Assembly: GCA_964630695.1 (NCBI GenBank)
Contig: CAZVYZ010000005.1
Coordinates: 2,487 to 66,486 of the forward strand
Direction: 5' to 3'
DNA: 64,000 nt
From: an uncultured Ruminococcus sp.
GTDB lineage: Bacteria; Bacillota; Clostridia; Oscillospirales; CAG-272
Of this stretch, positions 1-10,969 are shown piece by piece. The position numbers and the translations under genes are program-made. Position 1 is the stretch's first letter, and each line of letters starts with the position of its first letter. The notes beneath the pieces were generated by a model, which had not been told where the DNA came from, searched no databases, and saw only the letters and a list, made by a program, of their open reading frames with translations.

Positions 1-100
1 GGGGGATTCCCGCGTCGTCCAACATTTGTTTTGCAAGTTCGGCGCCGCGTGCTTCGGTCTCGGCGGTGCTTTGTGTTCTAACCGTCAACAGTTTTTCCAT
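1..100 (-). CDS. tsaE: tRNA threonylcarbamoyladenosine biosynthesis ATPase TsaE, 5' part only (runs off the window edge)
   Basis: Manual translation MEKLLTVRTQSTAETEARGAELAKQMLDDAGIP... with a GGAG RBS. Matches the typical TsaE N-terminus (T.S..ET...G..LA). The Walker A motif lies outside the window. Confidence 0.6.
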   Translation of the reverse strand, partial: MEKLLTVRTQSTAETEARGAELAKQMLDDAGIP

Positions 101-173
101 CGGTTCTCCATCCCCCCATATCATTCCAACCTATATTATAACACAAAAAAGCATGTTTGTAAAGGGGGCGCTC

Positions 174-413
174 TTATTTTTCTTCGTTTGCCTCAGGATT
201 TGTATCCTTTTTGCGGAATTCGTTCAGCGGCGTTCTGCTGCCGTCGGGGCGTTCCACCACGGTATGGTCAAGAATTCCCTGAAAATGCGCGCGGAATTCC
301 CGAATGTATTCCTCGCGCAGAGCCGCCTGCTCTTTCTTTTCCTCTTCCGAAAGTTCTGCCTCGTGCGATTTTTTTGCCAGATGGTTCAGGCGGTCCTTTT
401 TATGTTGTTCCAT
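174..413 (-). CDS. DUF896 (YnzC-like) small protein
   Basis: RLNHLAKKS...LSEEEKKEQAALREEYIREFR...L pattern typical of DUF896/UPF0291. Confidence 0.85.
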   Translation of the reverse strand: MEQHKKDRLNHLAKKSHEAELSEEEKKEQAALREEYIREFRAHFQGILDHTVVERPDGSRTPLNEFRKKDTNPEANEEK

Positions 414-1137
414 GTTTCGTTCCTCCGAATAAAAAAATGGTTCCGATGTCTGTCAACGGCGCTCCCTTGACGTCGCAGATTCGCAATCCGTGTGCCGTGA
501 TGGCGGCGGTCAATTTTGCGCCGTCCGGATAACGACCGAGGTCGCCGCAGAAAAAGACGGTGTCGCACCCGCCGTAGGGGGCAAAGGATGCCGCACCCCC
601 GATGAATCCCGTGTCGTAGCCGTCCAGTACGATGCCGCCTGCGGTCAGTCGTACCGTTTCCAAACCCTGTTTTTCCGCCGCGCGGAGAATGGATGGGTCT
701 GCACTCGCGAGTGCCGTGTTTCCGATGGGAAGTGTCGCGCATTTTGCGTAGCCCTGCTTCACCGCAACCGTCCGATAGGCGGGATGCGCGGTCAATTCGG
801 GCGCCGTGGCACATGGCAGACAGAACAAAAGCCCACCGATTGGCAGGGCATCCAACAGGACGTCCTGCGGGTAAACGCTCCCGACCTTTCCCGTAACGAT
901 TCGCAACGGGCGGTCGACGGCGTGGCAAATGCACGCCAACTCTTTTTGCGCGCAGTGCGCGTATTCCGCCGTTGTGCAGACCGCGTCGGGCGCAAAGAAG
1001 ACCGACAAATCGGGGTGCGCCGCCACGGGTGCGGGCAGATGCGACGCGCGGGGGAGACGGAGGACTGCATAGCCCTCCCGCCCGAGCATTCCGACAAGCG
1101 CTTCGGGCGCGGTTTCTCCGATAACAGCCAAGCGCAT
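400..1137 (-). CDS. DUF6873-like (GME-fold) protein
   Basis: AHPDL, VKQGYAKC and GYDTGFIGGA motifs typical of this clostridial family; GGAGG RBS. Confidence 0.7.
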   Translation of the reverse strand: MRLAVIGETAPEALVGMLGREGYAVLRLPRASHLPAPVAAHPDLSVFFAPDAVCTTAEYAHCAQKELACICHAVDRPLRIVTGKVGSVYPQDVLLDALPIGGLLFCLPCATAPELTAHPAYRTVAVKQGYAKCATLPIGNTALASADPSILRAAEKQGLETVRLTAGGIVLDGYDTGFIGGAASFAPYGGCDTVFFCGDLGRYPDGAKLTAAITAHGLRICDVKGAPLTDIGTIFLFGGTKHGTT

Positions 1138-1235
1138 GGCGGGATACCTCCTTTGTATGCCTTAAAAACAGAAAGGGCAGACACAGCGGTTGGTGTCTGC
1201 CATACTCTCTATTTGCCGAAATCGGACTGACGACC

Positions 1236-1406
1236 TCAGGCTTTCTTCATGGTGCGCAGGCAACGGGAACAAACGTTGATTGATTTGCTGCCTTCCAGTC
1301 TGATTTTACGGATATTGGGCTTCCAACTTCTGTTGGTCTTCCGATGCGAGTGCGAGACGTTCTGACCGAACACAACGCCCTTACCGCAGATACAGCATTT
1401 TGCCAT
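1236..1406 (-). CDS. rpmB: 50S ribosomal protein L28 (56 aa, absent from the ORF track)
   Basis: Manual translation MAKCCICGKGVVFGQNVSHSHRKTNRSWKPNIRKIRLEGSKSINVCSRCLRTMKKA; GGAGGTG RBS; upstream TTGCAA-N17-TATAAT. Confidence 0.95.
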   Translation of the reverse strand: MAKCCICGKGVVFGQNVSHSHRKTNRSWKPNIRKIRLEGSKSINVCSRCLRTMKKA

Positions 1407-1583
1407 TTTTGACACCTCCTACATTTAACGCTTCACCGTAGCAATACGGGGCAGAACCACTGTACAACAGCAACCATTATACCATATCTTTTCCCGAATT
1501 GCAAGTGTTTTTTGAAATTTTTTCTGTTTTTCTCAAGTTTTTTTGGCGGAACCCCCGAAAATCGGGGAAAAAGCGACTCGGAT

Positions 1584-3536
1584 TTACCGCGCGAGCGTTT
1601 CTGTATCGTGGAGGAACGATTCTCCAAGTCCGCCCGAAAGTGTGCGGGACGGGAAGTCCGTCACTGCCGGTGCGTTCTCTCCGAGTCGCAGGATAAGACC
1701 ACCGTTACCGGTCAGCATCCGCAGGGCAAACACGGTCTGCGGGTCCTGCGGGAGCGTGGCTTCGGGGCAGAGAATGAGGATGCGCGAAGTCAGAATCCTG
1801 CGCGAAATCGAACCGTTTCCGTCCCGCTCTGTCAGGACCTTGCAGTCTGCGCCAACCGCACACAGCGCCGCCGCGAGCGATACCGCCGCCGCGTCGTTGG
1901 GACGGGACAGCACGGTCATTTCATAGCGGTCGCTCCAGATATATTTTCCGACCCGTCCGGGGAGCGGAATCCGTTCTTCTTTGTTCCCTGCGTTCGGGAG
2001 CATGGTTTCCACGGTTCCCACGCGGGCATAGGGCAGAGCGGCGCCCTCCAGAAGCAATCCGACCGACAGCCGGTGTTCCGCCGCTTCCGTGTCCGCAAGA
2101 CGGCAGGTCAACCCGTTTCCCGCAGTCCGTGCAATGCAGTCCCCCAAGGTTTCGGCGACCGCAACCCGTGCGCTGAACAACTTCCCAATCTGCGCGTGCG
2201 TGCGGACCTCGGTCAGAAGTCTGCGCAGGAGCACAAAATCGGGAATGCCCGCTTCAGTCATCACGGGCGTCACGCACCAGATGCCGTTGCCCGCCGCACG
2301 ATAGGCGGGCGGGAGAACGCCTGCGCTTCCGGCAACTGCCCAGACCGTCAGTTCGGGAGCGGTCAGACTGTCGTCTGTCTCGGCAAACAGTGCCGCGGGA
2401 GCGGCAAACTCCATCTGTGCGCGATAAATTCCGAGCAGGATGGCGGCGAGTCCGTTCTCGGCTTCTTCGTCTTTCGAAGTCGGGAGCCGCAGACCGATTC
2501 CCAAACGGATGTCGGGATAGTCCGCACCTGCCGCCGCAAGCGAGAGCAGGGGCGCGAGGACCGTTGCCATTGCCGCGCGGAAGCCGTTTTTGCCAAGGGG
2601 GCGGACGGCGGAAGATACCGTTAAGCCGCATTGTGTCACGCGCTCGGACCGCGCAACGGGCGCATCCAGATAGGGGGAGGAATTCCCCGCAACGGGAACC
2701 CGCGTCATCGGGCAAGCGGCGGACGTCGCGACGGGAATCGAAATTGCCGCTTCCTTTTTCGCCCGATAGGCACGAAGTTCTGACGTCGGAACGCGCAGAA
2801 CGTCAGTAGCGGAATAGGCGAACGCAATCTCTTCCCGTTCGGTCAGGACCGCCGCGGAGGTCGCCGTAATTCCCGCCTCCTCGGAGAGCATCTTTCCGAT
2901 GCGCTCCGCGTCTTTTCCATCAACCAGAAGCAGACGCGCGTGTGTCAGCGGGACAAACAGCCGCCCGAGCGGTGTGGGCGCTTCGATGCCGTCCAAGCGT
3001 TCGAGCGCAAAGAGAATCCCGCCGAAACGCGGGAGCAGAGTCGGCAGAATGCCGTGTTCTCCGATTGTAACGGTCTGTTTGACTGCTGCACGGACCGCGC
3101 TCCGCCCGAATGCCGCCGAAAGAATCTCCGCATCTTCGGCGCGGACCAAAAGCAGAATATCTCCTGCGGCGGGCTGTTCGTTCTCCCGTTTTGCAACCGC
3201 GTTCAGAAACAGTGGAGAGCCGACCGCGCCGAAGTGCGTTCCCACTGCATCGGTTCCGACCGACAGGCGGGTCTGTCCGAGGGTCGGCTGTCTGCCGCTG
3301 CGTGCAAGGTATGCCGAGGCAAGCCCGAACAGTTCTCCGAGCGTCGGCGGCGTGAGTGCCTGCGGATGCAGTTCCCGCCGTTTTTCCAGCATATCGGCAT
3401 AGGTCTGCGCCACCTCTTTGTCATCGGTGGAAAGCCGGATCACCCGCGTGGCGGTCCATTCCGCCGAAAGATTCCGCAGGCTCCCGAGGAGTTCCCGTTC
3501 GGCGTCGGTCATGACCCGTTCCCGTTTTCTACCCAT
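1584..3536 (-). CDS. Degenerate PurL (FGAM synthase)-like protein, catalytic motifs lost
   Basis: Segments are colinear with clostridial large PurL as recalled (EQPAAGDILLL; LLLVDGKDAE...TATSAAVLTE; LAAAGADYPDIRL; LLGIYRAQMEF; start of a glutaminase-like domain). No HCRH, HNHP, DFGAGG, ESQERM or GICNG motifs. Confidence 0.6.
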   Translation of the reverse strand: MGRKRERVMTDAERELLGSLRNLSAEWTATRVIRLSTDDKEVAQTYADMLEKRRELHPQALTPPTLGELFGLASAYLARSGRQPTLGQTRLSVGTDAVGTHFGAVGSPLFLNAVAKRENEQPAAGDILLLVRAEDAEILSAAFGRSAVRAAVKQTVTIGEHGILPTLLPRFGGILFALERLDGIEAPTPLGRLFVPLTHARLLLVDGKDAERIGKMLSEEAGITATSAAVLTEREEIAFAYSATDVLRVPTSELRAYRAKKEAAISIPVATSAACPMTRVPVAGNSSPYLDAPVARSERVTQCGLTVSSAVRPLGKNGFRAAMATVLAPLLSLAAAGADYPDIRLGIGLRLPTSKDEEAENGLAAILLGIYRAQMEFAAPAALFAETDDSLTAPELTVWAVAGSAGVLPPAYRAAGNGIWCVTPVMTEAGIPDFVLLRRLLTEVRTHAQIGKLFSARVAVAETLGDCIARTAGNGLTCRLADTEAAEHRLSVGLLLEGAALPYARVGTVETMLPNAGNKEERIPLPGRVGKYIWSDRYEMTVLSRPNDAAAVSLAAALCAVGADCKVLTERDGNGSISRRILTSRILILCPEATLPQDPQTVFALRMLTGNGGLILRLGENAPAVTDFPSRTLSGGLGESFLHDTETLAR

Positions 3537-3539
3537 CGT

Positions 3540-5667
<2,128 letters not shown>

Positions 5668-5724
5668 GCCGACAATCATCAAAGGAGAGCGGGGAGACGG
5701 GTCGCGTCTCTCCGCGCTTTGTAT

Positions 5725-6687
5725 ATGAGAATTCTGAAAATCGGGAAAAATGACGCGGGACAGCGGCTTGACAAATTCCTTTCCAAGGCGGTGAAAGGAC
5801 TGCCGCAGTCTTTGATGTACAAGTACATCCGCACGAAAAAAATCAAGGTCAACCGCGCCAAAGCCGAGCAGAACCGAATGCTCTGCGAGGGGGACGAGGT
5901 GCAACTGTTTATCCGAGACGAATTTTTCGATTCGCCCGAAAAGGACAGCGGCGCCGCGGAACGGATTGTGCCGAAACTGGACATCGTTTATGAGGATGAA
6001 AACATCCTGCTGCTCAACAAGCGACCCGGGGTTCTGGTCCACGAGGACACCGCCGCAGGGGAGAACACGCTGATTCTGCACGTCAAGGCATACCTGACGC
6101 AAAAAGGGGAATACGACCCTGCCGCCGAGCAGTCCTTTGCACCCGCGCTCTGCAACCGCATTGACCGTAACACGGGCGGTATCGTGATTGCCGCGAAGAA
6201 CGCGGTCGCTCTGCGGGAAATGAACGAAAAAATCCGCAACGACGAGGTGCGGAAGTTCTATTATTGCGTGGTCCACGGGAAAATGCCGAAACAGGCGGAC
6301 ACCCTGCACGGGTATCTGCGCAAGGATGCCGCGAACAACACCGTAACGGTCAGCGACACGAAGCGGGCGGGGTACAAAGAAATCATCACCAAGTACCGCG
6401 TGGTGCGGGAGCGGGGAGACCTGACCCTGTTGGAGGTGGAACTGGTGACGGGGAGGACACACCAGATTCGCGCACACCTTTCGCACATCGGGCATCCGCT
6501 TCTGGGCGACGGAAAGTACGGCGTCAACCGTGCGGACCGTGCCAAGGGCTATAAATTTCAGGCACTTTACGCCTACCGGTTGCAGTTTCGTTTCCGCGAC
6601 GGGATGGGACCGCTCGGGTATCTTGACGGAAAGACCGTACAATTGGACCCCGCGAAGATATGGTTTCTGCGGGAGTTCGGAATGTAA
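5725..6687 (+). CDS. RluA-family (RluC/RluD-like) pseudouridine synthase with S4 domain
   Basis: GQRLDKF S4 domain, NRIDRNTGG catalytic Asp motif, TGRTHQIRAHL, HPLLGDGKYG. Confidence 0.92.
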   Translation: MRILKIGKNDAGQRLDKFLSKAVKGLPQSLMYKYIRTKKIKVNRAKAEQNRMLCEGDEVQLFIRDEFFDSPEKDSGAAERIVPKLDIVYEDENILLLNKRPGVLVHEDTAAGENTLILHVKAYLTQKGEYDPAAEQSFAPALCNRIDRNTGGIVIAAKNAVALREMNEKIRNDEVRKFYYCVVHGKMPKQADTLHGYLRKDAANNTVTVSDTKRAGYKEIITKYRVVRERGDLTLLEVELVTGRTHQIRAHLSHIGHPLLGDGKYGVNRADRAKGYKFQALYAYRLQFRFRDGMGPLGYLDGKTVQLDPAKIWFLREFGM

Positions 6688-6725
6688 AATGGACAAAAGA
6701 AACCAAAAAGAGGGGAGGACGGGAC

Positions 6726-8324
6726 ATGACAAAACGCGAGGCATGGATTCTGCGCGGGTTACTTGCGCTGGGAGCGGCGCTGACGGCGCTGACGCTGATT
6801 TTTCCGCAGGTCGGAATGCTTGAGTGGGTGACCATGGTCCCGATTGTGTTGGCGCTTTACCGTCTGACCGACCGCGGTGTGAGCCTGTGGCGGGCATATC
6901 GCTGCGGTTTCTTCACCGTGTTTGTCTTTTATTTCATTCTGTATCATTGGTTCGTTTATCTTTACCCTCTGGACTTTGTGGGACTCGGAAACGGGGCGTC
7001 GGTCGCGGTCGTTATCGCGGGATGGCTCGGACTGACCCTGTTGCAGGCGCTCCCCGGGGGACTGATGTTTCTCGGGTTCGCGGCACTTTGCCGAACGCAG
7101 GCGGTCAAACGGTATCCGATTGCGAAACCGTTTCTCTTTGCGGCGCTCTGGGTTGTCTTTGAGTGGTCCTCCACGCTGACATGGACGGGGGTCCCGTGGG
7201 GGCGGCTGTGCCTCGGGCAAATCAAACTGCTGACCCTGATGCAAAGCGCTTCGCTGTTCGGGTCTTACTTCATTACTTTTTTGTTGGTCGCATTCAATGC
7301 GTTGGCGGCGATGGCGATTCTGAACGAGCCGAAGCGCGTGCTGTGCGTAATGTTGGCGGTCGGACTGTTTGCCGCCAATCATCTGTTCGGGCTTTTGCGC
7401 CTGAATCTGCCGCGGAAGATTGGCGCGGCGGGGACCGATGTTGCCATCGTTCAGGGAAATATCAACTCACACGATAAATGGAATTCCGAAAGTTTTCAGA
7501 CGACTCTTGACATCTATGGCGGAATGACGCGGCAGGCGGCAGAAGAGGGCGCGGCGCTTGTGGTCTGGCCCGAAACGGCACTGCCTTATGACCTGAGCCG
7601 AAACCGCGCCCTGACCGACTGGCTTGAAGAACTTGTGCGGGACTGCAACGTGACGTTGATTGTCGGTGCGCTCCGGACCGATGAAGAGAGCCGCGAATAC
7701 AATTCCCTGTTCCTTATTACTCCGGAGGACGGTTTTTCCGCCGGGGCATGCTATGACAAACGCCATCTTGTGCCGTTCGGGGAATACGTTCCTTTGCGGA
7801 AGTTGATTACGACGCTGATTCCGCCGCTCTCGGAACTGTCGGCATTGGATGACGACCTGACGGCGGGGAGCGGCTCCGCGCTGTTTGAGACTTCGTGGGG
7901 CAAGGTCGGTTCGCTGATTTGCTTCGATTCCATCTATGAGGGGCTTGCGCTTGAGAGCGTGCGGGACGGTGCCGCTCTGATGGTCATCTCCAGTAACGAT
8001 TCGTGGTTCTATGATTCCGCGGCAGTCCGTCAGCACCTGTATCAGGCGCAGTTGCGGGCAATCGAAACCGGCAGGACCTACGTCCGTGCTGCGAATACGG
8101 GGATTTCCGACGTCATTACGCGCTATGGGCGCTCAACGGCACAGATTGGTGCTCTGGTGGATGGCTATGAGGTCCGCTCTGTGGAATTCCGTACCGACAA
8201 AACGCTGTACGACCATGTGGGGAATCTGTTCGTCTACCTTTGCCTTGCGTTTCTGCTGATTGCGCCGGCATCGGAATGGGTCCTGCGGAAAAAAAGAAAA
8301 GCACATGAAAAACAGGCTTCCTGA
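6726..8324 (+). CDS. lnt: Apolipoprotein N-acyltransferase
   Basis: Multi-TM N-terminus, GVPWG, VQGNI and nitrilase-fold triad motifs VWPE, YDKRHLVPFGEY, ICFD; SNDSWF; RAANTGIS. Confidence 0.9.
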   Translation: MTKREAWILRGLLALGAALTALTLIFPQVGMLEWVTMVPIVLALYRLTDRGVSLWRAYRCGFFTVFVFYFILYHWFVYLYPLDFVGLGNGASVAVVIAGWLGLTLLQALPGGLMFLGFAALCRTQAVKRYPIAKPFLFAALWVVFEWSSTLTWTGVPWGRLCLGQIKLLTLMQSASLFGSYFITFLLVAFNALAAMAILNEPKRVLCVMLAVGLFAANHLFGLLRLNLPRKIGAAGTDVAIVQGNINSHDKWNSESFQTTLDIYGGMTRQAAEEGAALVVWPETALPYDLSRNRALTDWLEELVRDCNVTLIVGALRTDEESREYNSLFLITPEDGFSAGACYDKRHLVPFGEYVPLRKLITTLIPPLSELSALDDDLTAGSGSALFETSWGKVGSLICFDSIYEGLALESVRDGAALMVISSNDSWFYDSAAVRQHLYQAQLRAIETGRTYVRAANTGISDVITRYGRSTAQIGALVDGYEVRSVEFRTDKTLYDHVGNLFVYLCLAFLLIAPASEWVLRKKRKAHEKQAS

Positions 8325-8338
8325 GAGAAGCCTGTTTC
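8310..8338. terminator. Bidirectional hairpin terminator between lnt and the convergent PG-binding gene
   Basis: aaacaggcttc-ctgaga-gaagcctgttt inverted repeat. Confidence 0.6.
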
Positions 8339-8341
8339 GTT

Positions 8342-8872
8342 TTACCGTGTTGTGATAAACAGGATATTATACTGGTGTGCCATCGAATCCCAGACGGCAT
8401 CGGTGACAACACCTGTCGGAGAGAACGCGTTGCAACGCTGAAATGCCTTGACCGCATCGGCGGTGGCAGGGGAGAATTCACCCGTTACCTCCACGGTCCC
8501 GATGGAGCCGTATTTCTCCTCCAAGCGGCTCAGCATGTGTTGGAGCGCCGCGACGGCAAAGCCGCGACTGCCGGTTTCCAGGATTCCTCCCGACGGTGCG
8601 CGCGGAAAAATGTCCATCCGCTCGCGCGGACCGTTTGCCGTGAGAGACGCGCGATAGGCATCGTAGAGCGCCTCCCATGTGGCTTGATCCGCCATGCCGG
8701 TTACAGGCAGATTGTGCGCCGCCTGAAATTCTTCAAGGGACCGTTGGGTTGCATAGCCGAAACTGCCGTTGACGGGCGGTTGCGTCATCCCGGGGGTATC
8801 GTAGGAAATCTGCCGCAGATAGGTTTGCAGGTTCAGGACTGCCGCAATCGGGGTGTTTTCGGTTGGTTCCAT
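8342..8872 (-). CDS. Peptidoglycan-binding protein (2 x PG_binding_1 repeats)
   Basis: LQTYL...NGSFGYAT..SLEEFQ..HNLPVTGMADQATW and LQHML...TGEFSPATADAVKAFQ...TGVV...W. Confidence 0.85.
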   Translation of the reverse strand: MEPTENTPIAAVLNLQTYLRQISYDTPGMTQPPVNGSFGYATQRSLEEFQAAHNLPVTGMADQATWEALYDAYRASLTANGPRERMDIFPRAPSGGILETGSRGFAVAALQHMLSRLEEKYGSIGTVEVTGEFSPATADAVKAFQRCNAFSPTGVVTDAVWDSMAHQYNILFITTR

Positions 8873-8884
8873 ACTCTGACCTCC

Positions 8885-10288
8885 TTATTGCCCGAGCGTG
8901 TAGCCCGGGTACTGTCCGTCATTCAGCCGCGCGCCGATATAGAGCGTGTTGTAAATGTCGGTCACGGCGTTCCAGACCGTTGCGTCCACCACGCCGCCGT
9001 TTGCATCGGGCAGACCGAATTCCCGCTTGAAAGCAATGACCGCTTCCTCGGTGCGCGGACCGAAATAACCCGTCGGATTGACGGTTGGGATGGATGGATA
9101 GGACTGCGCAATGTAGTTCAGGTATTCCTGCAACAGGCGCACGTAGTCCGAATCCGACCCCACGCGGAGCGGCGCGCCCGGATAGGGGACGGTCACGCCC
9201 TCGGTATACTGCGTCGGAATGGTGCGGATGATGCCGAGATAGGCGTCGTAAAGCGCGTTCCATGTCCGGACCCCGACAATGCCGTCTTCGGTAAGCCCAA
9301 ACGTCCGCTGAAGTGCCTTGACCGCCGCGAGCGTTTCGGGACCGAACACGCCGTCTATCGCAATCACGGGGATGGTGTCATAGTATTGCCCGACGTAATT
9401 GAGCAGGTATTGCAGATTGTAAACGTAGTTCCCGCTGTCGCCCTCTTTCAGTACTTCGGGGAAAATCGGCGTGACTTCTCCCTCCGGAATGCCCTCTGCG
9501 CTCAGGTCGGTCAACTTCTTGACCCCGATATAGACGTTCTGAATGGTGTACCACGTCGATTTGCCGACGATTCCGTCGGGGTCCAGGTTGAAGATTTCCT
9601 GAAAGCGGCGGACCGCCGCCTCGGTGTCCTCGCCGAACCTGCCGTCGGTGGCAAGAATTTTCGGAATGGAGGGGTAGTTGTTGGAGATGCGGTTCAGCCG
9701 GATTTGCACGGTCCGCACGTCGTCGTTGATCGCGCCGAGACGGAGCGGAACGGGCGGAACGCTCGGTCCGATACCTTCAACCGGCGCATCGCGCACCAAT
9801 TCGATGTCGTTGCCGTAGTAGTACTGCAGAATCTCGAACGGCGTCAGCCCGCGGTTTGCAAGCGTGACCGTACCCCACTGGGAAAGCCCGTTGCAGGTCA
9901 CGGTGGTCCCGTTGCAGTATTGCGCGAACAGCGGTGCCACACTGCCCTCGCGGCGGATATAGTCGTCGAACAACTCAGAGGCAATCCGACGGACATTTTC
10001 AAAGGTTTCCCGCCCGTTTACGAATGCTTGGTCGTAGGCGGTGTTGTTGGTAATGTCGAAATCGTAGCCGCGCGTGCGGTAGTATTCGGTCCAGATGCGG
10101 TTCAGCGCAAACGAGACCTGCGCGTAGATGTTGGCGCGGATGGCATTTTCGGGCCATGTGGGATAGATTTCACTGGAGGCGACGTTCGCGATGTAGTCAA
10201 GAAACGGGACCGTCACGTTTGCGGCGTCCGATTGCGGCGCGCCGAGGTGAACAGTGATGGTTTCGGGGATGGTTGGAACGGTCGGCAT
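8885..10288 (-). CDS. sleC: SleC-like spore cortex-lytic enzyme: SpoIID/LytB catalytic domain plus PG-binding repeats, lacking the N-terminal pre-pro region
   Basis: PETITVHLG.P, DYIANVASSEIYPTWP, FALNRIWTEYY, YDFDIT...AYDQAF, LSQWGT; repeated DGxFGxxTxxAVxxFQ motifs. Confidence 0.85.
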   Translation of the reverse strand: MPTVPTIPETITVHLGAPQSDAANVTVPFLDYIANVASSEIYPTWPENAIRANIYAQVSFALNRIWTEYYRTRGYDFDITNNTAYDQAFVNGRETFENVRRIASELFDDYIRREGSVAPLFAQYCNGTTVTCNGLSQWGTVTLANRGLTPFEILQYYYGNDIELVRDAPVEGIGPSVPPVPLRLGAINDDVRTVQIRLNRISNNYPSIPKILATDGRFGEDTEAAVRRFQEIFNLDPDGIVGKSTWYTIQNVYIGVKKLTDLSAEGIPEGEVTPIFPEVLKEGDSGNYVYNLQYLLNYVGQYYDTIPVIAIDGVFGPETLAAVKALQRTFGLTEDGIVGVRTWNALYDAYLGIIRTIPTQYTEGVTVPYPGAPLRVGSDSDYVRLLQEYLNYIAQSYPSIPTVNPTGYFGPRTEEAVIAFKREFGLPDANGGVVDATVWNAVTDIYNTLYIGARLNDGQYPGYTLGQ

Positions 10289-10306
10289 GGTCGCGGTCCT
10301 CCTTTC

Positions 10307-10819
10307 TCAAAGTTCGGGGTAGCCCGTTTCGGGGAAATATTGGGTGTCCTCGGGGATGGTCCCGCCCGAACCGTCCTCAGGAAGCGGAATCAGGACGGCG
10401 GATTGCAGAGAGGTGATACCGTCAAAAATCGGAATGCCGAGGTAACTTTGCCTGCGGTAGCCGTCAAGAAACACATCGGCAGAGTAGCGTGCGTAGGGTT
10501 GATTTGACCCGGGACTTTCGCTTGAAGCGGCGGGCGGCGTTGGAAGCGGGACGCGGACCGTACTGCCATCCCTGCCTGTAATCAGGGAGGCGACGATGTC
10601 TCCCCGTGAAGTCGGGTCACTGCCCTTTTCATCCTCGTATGTGCGGATGTCCACCCGCGCACCCTCCAGCGGAATTGCACCGCGCGCGGTGGTAACGCGA
10701 ACGATCAGGTATCCGACACCCGTTTCGGCGGGCATCTCTCTCTCCGGCATTGGGGTCGGGGTCGGCTCCGGCGCGGGGGTCGGCACCTCGGGGGTGTCTC
10801 GGTTCTGTCTTTCCTCCAT
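10307..10819 (-). CDS. Stand-alone SleC pre-pro-domain-like protein
   Basis: GYLIVRVTTARGAIPLEGARV, TGRDG.T..V.LPTPP...S..P..QPYARY, IPIFDGITSLQ resemble the N-terminal region of clostridial SleC; Pro-rich N-terminus. Confidence 0.7.
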   Translation of the reverse strand: MEERQNRDTPEVPTPAPEPTPTPMPEREMPAETGVGYLIVRVTTARGAIPLEGARVDIRTYEDEKGSDPTSRGDIVASLITGRDGSTVRVPLPTPPAASSESPGSNQPYARYSADVFLDGYRRQSYLGIPIFDGITSLQSAVLIPLPEDGSGGTIPEDTQYFPETGYPEL

Positions 10820-10871
10820 GTATTTTTCTCCTTTCGCGCGACAGGGGAAGAATCTGCCGCTGTATCGTTAT

Positions 10872-10900
10872 CACGGTATGCGGAAAAAGGAAAAATGGTG
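10872..10900 (-). promoter_or_regulatory. Putative sigma-K promoter of the sleC cluster
   Basis: Minus strand CACC-N16-CATACCGTG, resembling the sigma-K consensus (mACm-N16-CATA---Ta). Confidence 0.45.
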
Positions 10901-10909
10901 CGTAAAACC

Positions 10910-10938
10910 TTGACAAAGCCGCGCGGATGCGGTATAAT
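10910..10938 (+). promoter_or_regulatory. Sigma-A promoter of the DtxR/MntR-family gene
   Basis: Exact TTGACA-N17-TATAAT. Confidence 0.8.
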
Positions 10939-10969
10939 AGTAATAATATATAGGGAAAGAGGAAAATCC

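Noticed and set aside
1407-1480. Autoregulatory ribosomal leader upstream of rpmB
   Set aside because: About 65 nt with no convincing stem, and nothing I can match to a known leader.
10289-10310. Frameshift or nonsense artefact splitting sleC
   Set aside because: The downstream gene has its own AGGAGG RBS at normal spacing from an ATG, which favours a genuine two-gene arrangement.
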